Positions 16,795-25,159 of a stretch of DNA of 52,450 nucleotides are shown here, piece by piece. The DNA comes from a virus. Taxonomy: Duplodnaviria > Caudoviricetes. The stretch lies in the IMG/VR virus record IMGVR_UViG_3300048930_001392, positions 1-52,450 of that record. One strand, given 5' to 3'. Position 1 is the first letter of the stretch. Every line of letters starts with the position of its first letter. Both the position numbers and the translations under genes were made by a program. Under the pieces are notes generated by a model. The model was not told the origin of the DNA and made no database searches. It worked only from the letters and a program-made list of their open reading frames with translations.

Positions 16795-17142
16795 ATGGGT
16801 CTTCAAATTCGCAGTGATTCGGGCCAGGTCTTCCAGACCCAGTTCGCCGCCACCTTGGCCACCGTTGCCAAGGTCATCCACGTGCACAACGCACTGGCAT
16901 GGATTCCGCTGAACACCGAGCTTGCCGGTGCCGTAGGCGAACACGTGTACCAGGCCGAAGTGTCGGGCGTCACCAAGCTGGCCGGTGAAGCCTGGGCCGT
17001 AGGTCAAGTCCTGTACTGGGACAACACCAACAAGCGCCTGACCACCACCGTGGGCAGCAACACCAAGTGCGGCCAGGCGTTGCAGCCTGCTGCTGCGCCG
17101 GATGTTGTGTCGCCGCTTGTCCTCTTCAACACCTTCGCATAA
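16795..17142 (+). CDS. Capsid cement/decoration protein (DUF2190-like)
   Basis: 'KLAGEAWAVGQVLYWDNTNKRLTTT' pattern. Confidence 0.75.
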   Translation: MGLQIRSDSGQVFQTQFAATLATVAKVIHVHNALAWIPLNTELAGAVGEHVYQAEVSGVTKLAGEAWAVGQVLYWDNTNKRLTTTVGSNTKCGQALQPAAAPDVVSPLVLFNTFA

Positions 17143-17154
17143 GGGATCGCCGCA

Positions 17155-18252
17155 ATGAAACTGAATCTGAATTACGACGGTCTGCGTGCGCTGGGCACGC
17201 CCGATGAGCAGCGTTCCGCGCTGTTCAACAGCATCAAGGCTGCGCTGCTGTTCCCGGTGCTTGCCCTGGATATCCTTGGCCCGACGCAGGCCGCGAAAGC
17301 CGCCGCGCCGACTGACGCGCGCATGGGTGGCGGCGATGTCACCCTGACGGTGGACCAGGTGAAGGCTTACCTGCAGTCCGACCGCGCCGACCGCTTTGGT
17401 GCCAAGTGGGCCACGCCGGGCGACAACCCCGCGCTGATTTCGACCAGCGGCCGTGTCGTCGAATTCTTCGCCGACAACATCCGCGACATGGATCTGGGTT
17501 ACCAGGTACTTTTTGATGAAGTGCCGGGCATACTGGGCAGCAACCAGGATCACTTCGAACTGATCGGTGCATCGATGGGCTTCACCTGGTCGCAGTTGAA
17601 GCCGGGCGGCGCCATCAAGCCGCGTCGCGAAATCACCGAAAACAAGGTGAACGTGCCGTACCTGACGTTCGGTGATGGCCTGTCCATCGCTGACGAGTGG
17701 TTCCAGTTCAGCAAGTTCTACCACATCGCCGATGCGGTCAATGAATTCCTGTCCAGCTACTACGACAAGAAAGCATCGCTGCACTATGGCCTGATCACCG
17801 GCCAGTCCGCCGGCATCAACGTCGCGTTCCTCACCGACGCCGCCACCACGTTCAACAAGGCCACCGCCGGCATCCTGCGTGCATGCGAGGCCAAGGGCTA
17901 TTCGCTGGGCTCCAATGCCCAGGTGGATATCCTGGTGGCGCCGGAAAACGTGGGTCGCGTGTTGGCCATGCTGGACGCCACCCGTGGCAGCGCCATGCTG
18001 GCCTACGGCACCAACAAGCAGCCCATCGCCTTCAGCGTGCGCAACGTGATTGTCAGCACCAAGGTGGCCGCCGCCGAAAACAACTACTACGTAGTGTTGC
18101 CGGGCCGCAAGCTGAAGCGCGCGGACTGGAAGGCGCTGACCATTGAAAGCAAGCGCGAACCCAGCGTGGCCGCCGAAGACTGGTACGGCCGCGGCCAGTA
18201 CAACGCGATCGCCGGTGATTCCGCGCAGATCGCCCGCGTACTGTTCAGCTGA
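17155..18252 (+). CDS. Putative major capsid protein
   Basis: 365 aa with strong codon bias, after the protease and cement genes, followed by a hairpin. Confidence 0.75.
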   Translation: MKLNLNYDGLRALGTPDEQRSALFNSIKAALLFPVLALDILGPTQAAKAAAPTDARMGGGDVTLTVDQVKAYLQSDRADRFGAKWATPGDNPALISTSGRVVEFFADNIRDMDLGYQVLFDEVPGILGSNQDHFELIGASMGFTWSQLKPGGAIKPRREITENKVNVPYLTFGDGLSIADEWFQFSKFYHIADAVNEFLSSYYDKKASLHYGLITGQSAGINVAFLTDAATTFNKATAGILRACEAKGYSLGSNAQVDILVAPENVGRVLAMLDATRGSAMLAYGTNKQPIAFSVRNVIVSTKVAAAENNYYVVLPGRKLKRADWKALTIESKREPSVAAEDWYGRGQYNAIAGDSAQIARVLFS

Positions 18253-18260
18253 TGGGGTAG

Positions 18261-18283
18261 GGCGGGCCTGCAACGGGCCCGCC
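18261..18283 (+). terminator. GC-rich hairpin after the capsid gene (no U tract; attenuator or stabiliser)
   Basis: GGCGGGCCTG-CAA-CGGGCCCGCC. Confidence 0.5.
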
Positions 18284-18290
18284 CGCATCG

Positions 18291-18746
18291 ATGGCGGCCA
18301 AAGTCACCCTGCAGGACATCACCGACGCCGGGTTCAAAGCCGCGCAGTTCGGCACGCCTGCTGACTGGGCCACCGAAACGAATGGCTATCTCGCCCGCTT
18401 GATCAAGCGGGCGGAGTTGTGGGCGCAGGGTAAGTTCGGCACTGCCGCCTATGACGCCGTAGCAGAAAACACCACGACCCACGAACGCCTGCGCAGTGCG
18501 GAACTGTGCTGGTGCAGCGCCCACTTGTGGAAGCGCCGCGCCGGGTTCATTGACAGCAACGCGGTCAGTTCGATGGAAGGCCTGGCGTATCTGGATCGCC
18601 GCGAGTTTGAAGCGCAGGCCACGCGTGCATTCGAATGCGCCGACGAAAACATGGCGCTGGCCATCGGCGGCGAAGACGTGGTGACCGGTTCCGGCGTCGC
18701 CCTGGTGGGCGTGGAAAGCGGGCCGTATGCATTGGGGGCCACATGA
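18291..18746 (+). CDS. Putative head-tail adaptor
   Basis: Synteny and size only. Confidence 0.55.
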   Translation: MAAKVTLQDITDAGFKAAQFGTPADWATETNGYLARLIKRAELWAQGKFGTAAYDAVAENTTTHERLRSAELCWCSAHLWKRRAGFIDSNAVSSMEGLAYLDRREFEAQATRAFECADENMALAIGGEDVVTGSGVALVGVESGPYALGAT

Positions 18747-19144
18747 GCACCCGCATAGTATTCGACGCGCAGGAAATGATCCTTGTCACGGGCAACCGTG
18801 CGCGTGCCGTGCGTCCGTCGACCAAGGCGCTGGTGGGCAACCTGGCCAAGCAATGGGTGAAGGCCGCGCGCAAGCTGGCCAGCGGCCCTGGTACCGCTGC
18901 GGCCGGCGCGTACCCCATCCCGATCCGCACCGGCACCTTCCGCCGTGGGTTCGGTTCCAAGATTCTTGAAGACCACGCCATCGGCTTTAACACCAGCGTG
19001 CAGGCCCGCGCCTTGCATGAAGGGTTCAAGCCCTACGGCAACCCGCATGCCCGGCCGATTCCTGCGCGCCCGTATGCGGATGACGCACTGGACCAGTTGG
19101 ATCTGGACCAGGCGTTCAAGGATTGGGAGGGCGCGCAAGCATGA
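18743..19144 (+). CDS. Neck/tail-completion protein (HK97 gp10 / Mu gpG-like)
   Basis: 'PIRTGTFRR...LHEG...IPARPY' motifs; ATGA-coupled. Confidence 0.7.
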   Translation: MSTRIVFDAQEMILVTGNRARAVRPSTKALVGNLAKQWVKAARKLASGPGTAAAGAYPIPIRTGTFRRGFGSKILEDHAIGFNTSVQARALHEGFKPYGNPHARPIPARPYADDALDQLDLDQAFKDWEGAQA

Positions 19145-19644
19145 TCGCCGCCGCCCGTGCCGCACTGGTGTTGCTACTGACCACCGATCCCCAGTTCGTG
19201 GCTGACATGCACGTGCTGGGCCTGGGCCTGCACGGCAATGCCGTGACGCCATCCGTGCTGAAGGGCAACCGCCCGTTCGAACAGATTGGGCAGGAACACT
19301 ACCCCGTGTGGGTGCATGACGCCGGCGACCTGCGCGGTGCCAGCGCCAGCAGCGAAGGCGGCGACCCGGACGGCCTGGTCATCAACAGCACGCAGCAGGA
19401 CTGGCTGGGTGACGTGGAACTGTCGCTGGTGTGGCTGCAACAGGATTACGACACGTCCGTGGATCAGGTGGACGGCGTGCTGCCGGCGCTGGTGCGCCTG
19501 CTGCTGCGTAACCCCGACCTGTCCGGCACCTGCACGCTCGCCTTCGTGGCCGACGTCATCAACGCCCGTTCCTTCCGCCACCCCACCCAACACACCGCCT
19601 TCACCATCCGGGTGATGGCCACGATCCACAGGGATATGCCATGA
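19141..19644 (+). CDS. Putative tail terminator
   Basis: Synteny, size and ATGA coupling. Confidence 0.55.
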   Translation: MIAAARAALVLLLTTDPQFVADMHVLGLGLHGNAVTPSVLKGNRPFEQIGQEHYPVWVHDAGDLRGASASSEGGDPDGLVINSTQQDWLGDVELSLVWLQQDYDTSVDQVDGVLPALVRLLLRNPDLSGTCTLAFVADVINARSFRHPTQHTAFTIRVMATIHRDMP

Positions 19645-19946
19645 CCCGCCAGACCCCCAATGCTTCCCGTGAAACATCGGTTGAACCCCTGACCATCAAG
19701 GTGCTGCTGTCGGGTGCAAGTGGCGCGCTGCGCGTGGGCGACTACACGCCAGGCGAACACACCGTGCGGGCCGATGACGCCATCCGCCTGGTGGAAACCA
19801 AGGGCTTCACCTACGCCACGCCTGCCGATGCGCAGCTGGCCGCGGGCCATATCGAACAACGCAATGCCACCGTCATCGCCCAAGCCGAGGTCGCCGCCGT
19901 GGCGGACGGCGAGGGCGGTGGCACCACTTCACAGACCCAGGAGTAA
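19641..19946 (+). CDS. Hypothetical tail-region protein
   Basis: ATGA-coupled within the structural operon. Confidence 0.55.
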   Translation: MTRQTPNASRETSVEPLTIKVLLSGASGALRVGDYTPGEHTVRADDAIRLVETKGFTYATPADAQLAAGHIEQRNATVIAQAEVAAVADGEGGGTTSQTQE

Positions 19947-19952
19947 GCCCCC

Positions 19953-20939
19953 ATGCCACAGGCCACCGGTGCACTGACCAAACTTGCCGGGCTTACCCAG
20001 ACGGCCCTTCGCACGGTGCCGGGCTCGCCCGACGCCGAACTGCTGTACGTCCGAACCTATGAATTCGCCGACAACCAGCCGCTGGAACAAGACCCCACGC
20101 TGGCCGGCGGCCTGCGCGGCAACCTGCGTGGCCAGCGCGGCCGCGTGGATGCGTCCGGCAGTGCAGTGTTGTCCATCGGCCCCAGCATTGCATTCTGGCT
20201 GAAACACCTGATCGGTTCGCCGGTCACCACCGGTGCCGGGCCGTACACGCATACGTACACCGTGGGCGGCAACCCGTTGCCGGTGGCGATGTTGCTGGAA
20301 CGCGACTTCAGCAGCCGCATCGCAACGCCAGGCCGTTACGTGCGCGACATGGACATCCGCGTGGAGTCGGCAACGTTCGCGTTTTCCACGTCGTCGCCGT
20401 TCCAGACCGCCACGTTCAACCTTCGTGGCGCCAGCAAAAAGACCCTGCCAGCTTCGCCGGTCGATGCGACGCTGACCGATTACGGCCACGCCGCATTCGG
20501 CATCAGCAACTTGGCGCTGTCGCTGGACGGCGGCGCCACGCTGGTGTGCTTGGAAACGTTGAACCTGACGTTCAACAACGACCTGGACACCGACCTGTAC
20601 TGCCTGAATGACGGCGGCCAGCGCCACGACATGCCCGAAGGCCAGGCCTTGCTGTCCGGTGATGGTGTTGCCCAGTTCGACACGCCTGCATTGCTAATCA
20701 AGGCGCAGAACGACACCGACCTTGCGCTGGTGATCACGCTGTCGCGCGGCACTGGTCTGGGTACGGCGGGCAATGAATCGCTGGTGTTCACCATTCCGGT
20801 GTCGGTGATTGAAGCGCCCACGCCGGGCATCACCGGGCCCAAGGGTTTGAAACAGAACTTCACCTTCCAGGGGTACCGCCCATCTGGCGCGGAACTGGGT
20901 TTCAGCGTGGTGCTTAAGAGCGCACGCGCAATCGTTTAA
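19953..20939 (+). CDS. Major tail tube protein
   Basis: 328 aa, beta-rich, 'GRVDASGS...PYTHTYT'; precedes the chaperone and tape measure; no sheath gene present. Confidence 0.75.
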   Translation: MPQATGALTKLAGLTQTALRTVPGSPDAELLYVRTYEFADNQPLEQDPTLAGGLRGNLRGQRGRVDASGSAVLSIGPSIAFWLKHLIGSPVTTGAGPYTHTYTVGGNPLPVAMLLERDFSSRIATPGRYVRDMDIRVESATFAFSTSSPFQTATFNLRGASKKTLPASPVDATLTDYGHAAFGISNLALSLDGGATLVCLETLNLTFNNDLDTDLYCLNDGGQRHDMPEGQALLSGDGVAQFDTPALLIKAQNDTDLALVITLSRGTGLGTAGNESLVFTIPVSVIEAPTPGITGPKGLKQNFTFQGYRPSGAELGFSVVLKSARAIV

Positions 20940-20957
20940 TCAGACAGGAGCGGCGGC

Positions 20958-21410
20958 ATGTTCAGGGCGGCGGATGTAGGACGGATATGGGTGCCGGTGG
21001 TACTGCCTTCGGGGGAGGGCGACACCACCGTGCACCTGTTGTTTCAGGTGTACACGCGGGATGAATTGCGCGAGCGCGAACGTGCCGTGCTGGAAAAGAC
21101 GGGCGGCAGCATGTTGGCCCGGGCCGGTGAAGTGAAAACCACGGAAGACCTGGTGCGCATCTTCGATGAAGTGACGGCCGTGGGCGAAACCGATCACGCG
21201 GAATTGCTGTCGCGCACGCATGACTGGCGCGACATTGCCGATTCGGATGGCACGCCCTGGGCGTATGCACCGGAACGGCTGAAGTCGCTGTTGGAATACC
21301 GCTGGATCTTCGACCGCATGCGCGAGGCGTTGTTCACCGCCAGCCGTGAGGGTGTACGAAAAAACTTGTCGCCTGGGCCAGATGGATCGCCAACGCCGGC
21401 CCAGGCGTAA
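20958..21410 (+). CDS. Tail assembly chaperone (gpG-like)
   Basis: Between tube and tape measure; slippery A AAA AAC at 21359-21365. Confidence 0.75.
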   Translation: MFRAADVGRIWVPVVLPSGEGDTTVHLLFQVYTRDELRERERAVLEKTGGSMLARAGEVKTTEDLVRIFDEVTAVGETDHAELLSRTHDWRDIADSDGTPWAYAPERLKSLLEYRWIFDRMREALFTASREGVRKNLSPGPDGSPTPAQA

Positions 21411-21763
21411 ACGGAGAGCGACTGTGGGACTTCGAGGGGCACTACGACGACACCTTCACGTCCAGCTATTGCAGGGACTGCCCCGTCGTGTGCCCGGCCT
21501 GTCCGCAGCCACGCTTGCTGCCCGAGACTTTACCGGCGGCGGCTTTGTTCATGCAGGTGCGCACGCAGTGGCAGCATGCGCCCAGCGGCCGGCCCACCGG
21601 TCTGCGCTACGCGGACGTGATGGCGGCCATGCCGTTATTGCGCCGCGAATTGGGATTGAAGAAATCCGATCAGCCGCAGCTATTCGCGGATCTGCGCGCT
21701 ATCGAGCAGGCGTTTGTTGCCGCCACGGCGGAAGTCATGGCACAGGGCAAGCCCAATGACTAG
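21359..21763 (+). CDS. -1 frameshift extension (gpT, DUF1799-like)
   Basis: The -1 frame is open from the slippery site (KLVAWARWIA...) through 'TQWQHAPSGRPTGLRY' to the stop at 21763. Confidence 0.75.
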   Translation, partial: KKLVAWARWIANAGPGVNGERLWDFEGHYDDTFTSSYCRDCPVVCPACPQPRLLPETLPAAALFMQVRTQWQHAPSGRPTGLRYADVMAAMPLLRRELGLKKSDQPQLFADLRAIEQAFVAATAEVMAQGKPND

Positions 21764-23945
21764 CCGCACCAGCGTGTTCCAAGTCAAGTTCACCACCGAC
21801 GGTTCCGGTGCAGTGAAGGCTGACATCGAAAGCGTAGCCAAGGCGGCGGTTGAAAGCAGCAAAAAAGCCAACGAAGAAGCTGGCAAAGAGTGGTACGACC
21901 TGGGCTACAAGATCGGCAACGGCATCAAGTTTGCAGGCGTTGCTGTCGCCGCCGGCATGGCGCTGCTGCTAAAGAACACCATCCAGTCGCAGCAGGAACT
22001 GGCGCAGCTTGATGCCGTGCTGAAGTCCACCGGCAACGCCGCGGGATACACGCGTGACCAGCTGGTGGCCATGGCGGATGGTATCGCGCAAGCGTCCACC
22101 TTCAGTAGCGGCGAAATCATCAAGGCGGAAACCCGGCTACTGTCCTATTCCGGCATTGCCAGCGAGCAATTTCCCGCCGCGTTGCAGGTCGCCATTGACC
22201 AAGCACAGCGCCTTGGCATCAGCGTGGAGCAGTCCGCGGAAACCATAGGCCGTGCGCTGGAGTCGCCTACGAAGGCGGCGGCGGCACTGGCACAGCAAGG
22301 TTTCGGCGCTGCGTTTACCGATGCCATCCGCAAGTCAATCAAGGCGCTGGAAGATGCTGGCGACACTGCCGGTGCGCAGCAGATCGTCATCGACATTTTG
22401 AACGAGTCGTACCAGGGCGCAGCGAAGGCCGCGCGCGACACGCTGGGCGGCGCGTTGGTGGGGTTGAAAAATGATTTCAACGACCTACTGACAGGCGACA
22501 CCGGCGGCGAAGGCATCAAGGGCGCCACCGCTGCAGTCAATGACCTGGCGGCAACGTTATCCGCGCCGGAAACACGTGCCGCGTTCAACGACATGATGGG
22601 CTGGCTGGCAGGCGTAGCGGCGCAGGCGGTCAACGCCATCACCGCCCTGCGTGAATACTACGGCGCGGAAAACGAACGCGGCACCACCGTGCTGCGCAAC
22701 CAGATTGATGACCAGGAAGGCAAGGTTTTTGCGCAGCAGCGGATGGCTGCGCGCACAGTCAACGTGCCGTTCCTTGGGGCTGGTGATGCGAAGCTGTTGA
22801 CGCAGGAACAAGCAAAGCTGAAGCAACTGCAGGATTCCCTTGCGGTTGCCGAGCGTCGCGAAGAAGAAAGCCGCCGCCGCGCGATCGGCGTCAAAATCAT
22901 TGACGGCAGCGCACCCGCGAAAGCCAGGGCCACCGGTGGCAGCCCCGACACAGGCAAGAAATCACGGGCCAAGGAAGCCAAGGAAGAGCTGTCAGAGTTT
23001 GAAAAGCTGATGGCCGACTTGGCTGTGTACGAAGGCATCTGGGGCGAAGCCGCCGTGGATGCCAGCAACGCCAAGCTGGATGCGTGGGAGAAAGAGCAGG
23101 ACGCCATGCAGCGCCGCGATGATGTTGCGCAGGACGTGCAGCGCAGCATTGATCTAGAAATCGAAGCCATGGGCCTGTCCAACGAACAGTTGGAGATCCG
23201 CAACAACCTGCTGGCCGCGGGTGTCACGGCCGAAAGCGAGCGAGGCGCGGCCATCGTGGAATCGACCAAGCGCCTGCAGGATGCGCGCGAAACCATGGGC
23301 GCCCTGAATGACCTGAAGGACGCCACCACCGACCTGGCCGTCAGCGCACTGTACGACTTCAGCAGTGCGGGCGATGCGGCTGAAGAATACTTCGATCGTG
23401 TGAAGCGCATGGCCCAGCAAATGCTGGCGGAAAAAGCGATCCAATGGTTGTTCAGCATGTTTTTCGGAGGCGGTGGTGCCAACGGTGAAATGGGCGGCGT
23501 GGTCGACCTGATGGGCGGCGGTTTGAATATCGCCACCGGCGGTCTGGTGCGCGGCCCCGGCAGCGGCACCAGCGACAGCATCCGCGCAAACCTAAGCAAT
23601 GGCGAATACGTGATCAATGCGGCTGCCGTCAACAAGTATGGCGCCGACGTGTTCCACGACTTGAACGCACAAAAATTCGCAGCGGGTGGCCCGGTCGGCA
23701 CCATGGGTGCCGGTGGTGGCATGGGCCTGGGTGGCATGCCTGCCATCGAGTTCAACGTGAACAACAACACGAATGGCAAGGCAGAAATGGAAGAGCCCAC
23801 GTTCACCATGGAAAACGGCAAGCTGATCATCCAGACCGCTGTAAACCTGGCTGTGGCCAAGGTGGCCGATGGCCTGGCGCGCAAGGGTTCGGTGATGAAC
23901 AAGGCCGCTCTGGCCGGCATGGGCAGGGGAACGCCGTATGGCTAG
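21756..23945 (+). CDS. Tape measure protein
   Basis: Long Ala-rich helical protein with C-terminal 'ATGGLVRGPGSGTSDSI..LSNGEYV' motif. Confidence 0.9.
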   Translation: MTSRTSVFQVKFTTDGSGAVKADIESVAKAAVESSKKANEEAGKEWYDLGYKIGNGIKFAGVAVAAGMALLLKNTIQSQQELAQLDAVLKSTGNAAGYTRDQLVAMADGIAQASTFSSGEIIKAETRLLSYSGIASEQFPAALQVAIDQAQRLGISVEQSAETIGRALESPTKAAAALAQQGFGAAFTDAIRKSIKALEDAGDTAGAQQIVIDILNESYQGAAKAARDTLGGALVGLKNDFNDLLTGDTGGEGIKGATAAVNDLAATLSAPETRAAFNDMMGWLAGVAAQAVNAITALREYYGAENERGTTVLRNQIDDQEGKVFAQQRMAARTVNVPFLGAGDAKLLTQEQAKLKQLQDSLAVAERREEESRRRAIGVKIIDGSAPAKARATGGSPDTGKKSRAKEAKEELSEFEKLMADLAVYEGIWGEAAVDASNAKLDAWEKEQDAMQRRDDVAQDVQRSIDLEIEAMGLSNEQLEIRNNLLAAGVTAESERGAAIVESTKRLQDARETMGALNDLKDATTDLAVSALYDFSSAGDAAEEYFDRVKRMAQQMLAEKAIQWLFSMFFGGGGANGEMGGVVDLMGGGLNIATGGLVRGPGSGTSDSIRANLSNGEYVINAAAVNKYGADVFHDLNAQKFAAGGPVGTMGAGGGMGLGGMPAIEFNVNNNTNGKAEMEEPTFTMENGKLIIQTAVNLAVAKVADGLARKGSVMNKAALAGMGRGTPYG

Positions 23946-24300
23946 TCCGTGGCCGGGCACGCTGCCCAATCCCTTGATCGACAGCTGCATCTATCGGCCG
24001 CAGGGCAACCAGATACGCAGCGACGTGTCGGCAGGCGTGGCCAAGACGCGCCGGCACTACAGCGCCGTGGCGGAAGACGTGTCCATCACCTTGCCGCTGA
24101 CGCAGGCGCAGTGGCTGATTCTGGAAGCGTTCGTGGTCACCACGCTGAAAGATGCGCTACCGTTCGAGTGGTCAGACTTCCGTCGTGCAATCGGTGGCGG
24201 AAACGTGCGCCTGTACAGGTTCAAGACGCGCCCGCAGTGGGAGCCGCGCGGCAATGGCAACCGTGGATACGCCACGCTTGATCTGGAACTGCTGCCCTAA
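23938..24300 (+). CDS. Distal tail protein (Dit/gpM-like)
   Basis: 'WPGTLP...IRSDVSAGVAKTRR'; directly after the tape measure. Confidence 0.7.
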   Translation: MASPWPGTLPNPLIDSCIYRPQGNQIRSDVSAGVAKTRRHYSAVAEDVSITLPLTQAQWLILEAFVVTTLKDALPFEWSDFRRAIGGGNVRLYRFKTRPQWEPRGNGNRGYATLDLELLP

Positions 24301-24773
24301 TGCGCCACGTATCCGGTCCCGCCATGGCTGCCGTGATGGCGCGCGAGTGCGACAAGGTATTCGTGCCGCTGCTGCGCATCACCCATGCGTCCATTCCTAC
24401 GCAGCGCATCTGTGGCGACACTGTGCCCTGCGTGCGCAGCGATGGCACGTACAACCCGTTCCCGTTCGAATTCATCCTGCCGCAAGACGACGACAACGAC
24501 TTGCCCCGAGCCGCGGTGAAGATCGACAACGTGGATCGCGAAATTCTGCGCGTGCTGTCGTCACTGACTGGCCGCGCCACCATGACATTCATGCTGGTGA
24601 TTGCCGACACGCCCGAAGTGATCGAATACGGCCCCATCGACTTCCTGATGGGGCAGGCGTCCTGGGATCGCCTGACCACCGTGTCCACGCTGGTGTACCA
24701 GGAAGACATCTGGATGCAGGCTGCGCCCGGCCAGACCTACAACCCAAGCAATTCGCCCGGGCTGTTCCGATGA
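24300..24773 (+). CDS. Minor tail protein (DUF1833 / gpL-like)
   Basis: 'PFEFILP...IDNVDREI...P..YNPSNSPGLF' pattern. Confidence 0.75.
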   Translation: MRHVSGPAMAAVMARECDKVFVPLLRITHASIPTQRICGDTVPCVRSDGTYNPFPFEFILPQDDDNDLPRAAVKIDNVDREILRVLSSLTGRATMTFMLVIADTPEVIEYGPIDFLMGQASWDRLTTVSTLVYQEDIWMQAAPGQTYNPSNSPGLFR

Positions 24774-25159
24774 ACACCACGCCGTACATCGGCCTGCCGT
24801 TCGCAGACCACGGCCGTGACGCATCCGGCTTCGATTGCTGGGGGTTGACGCGCCACGTAATGCAACAGGAATACGGCATCACCTTGCCCGACTACGGCGG
24901 GCGCTACACCGAAGCACGTGACCGTCACGCTGTGGCCGATGCCATAACCGCTGGACTGATCGAAGGCTGGCACCGCGTGGAGCATGCCGTGGAAGGCGCG
25001 CTGGTTATCTTTCGCATCGCCGGCAAGCCGTGGCACGTAGGCGTGATGGTGGACGCGCGCCGCTTCCTGCACGTGCCGCCGGGTGAAACCAGCTGCATCG
25101 AGCGCTTGGCGTCGCCTATGTGGGAAAAAAGGATCGAGGGTTTCTATGTACGCGGATGA
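24770..25159 (+). CDS. NlpC/P60 tail assembly peptidase (gpK-like)
   Basis: YIGLPF..GRD..GFDCWGL and HVGV...FLH motifs. Confidence 0.85.
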   Translation: MNTTPYIGLPFADHGRDASGFDCWGLTRHVMQQEYGITLPDYGGRYTEARDRHAVADAITAGLIEGWHRVEHAVEGALVIFRIAGKPWHVGVMVDARRFLHVPPGETSCIERLASPMWEKRIEGFYVRG

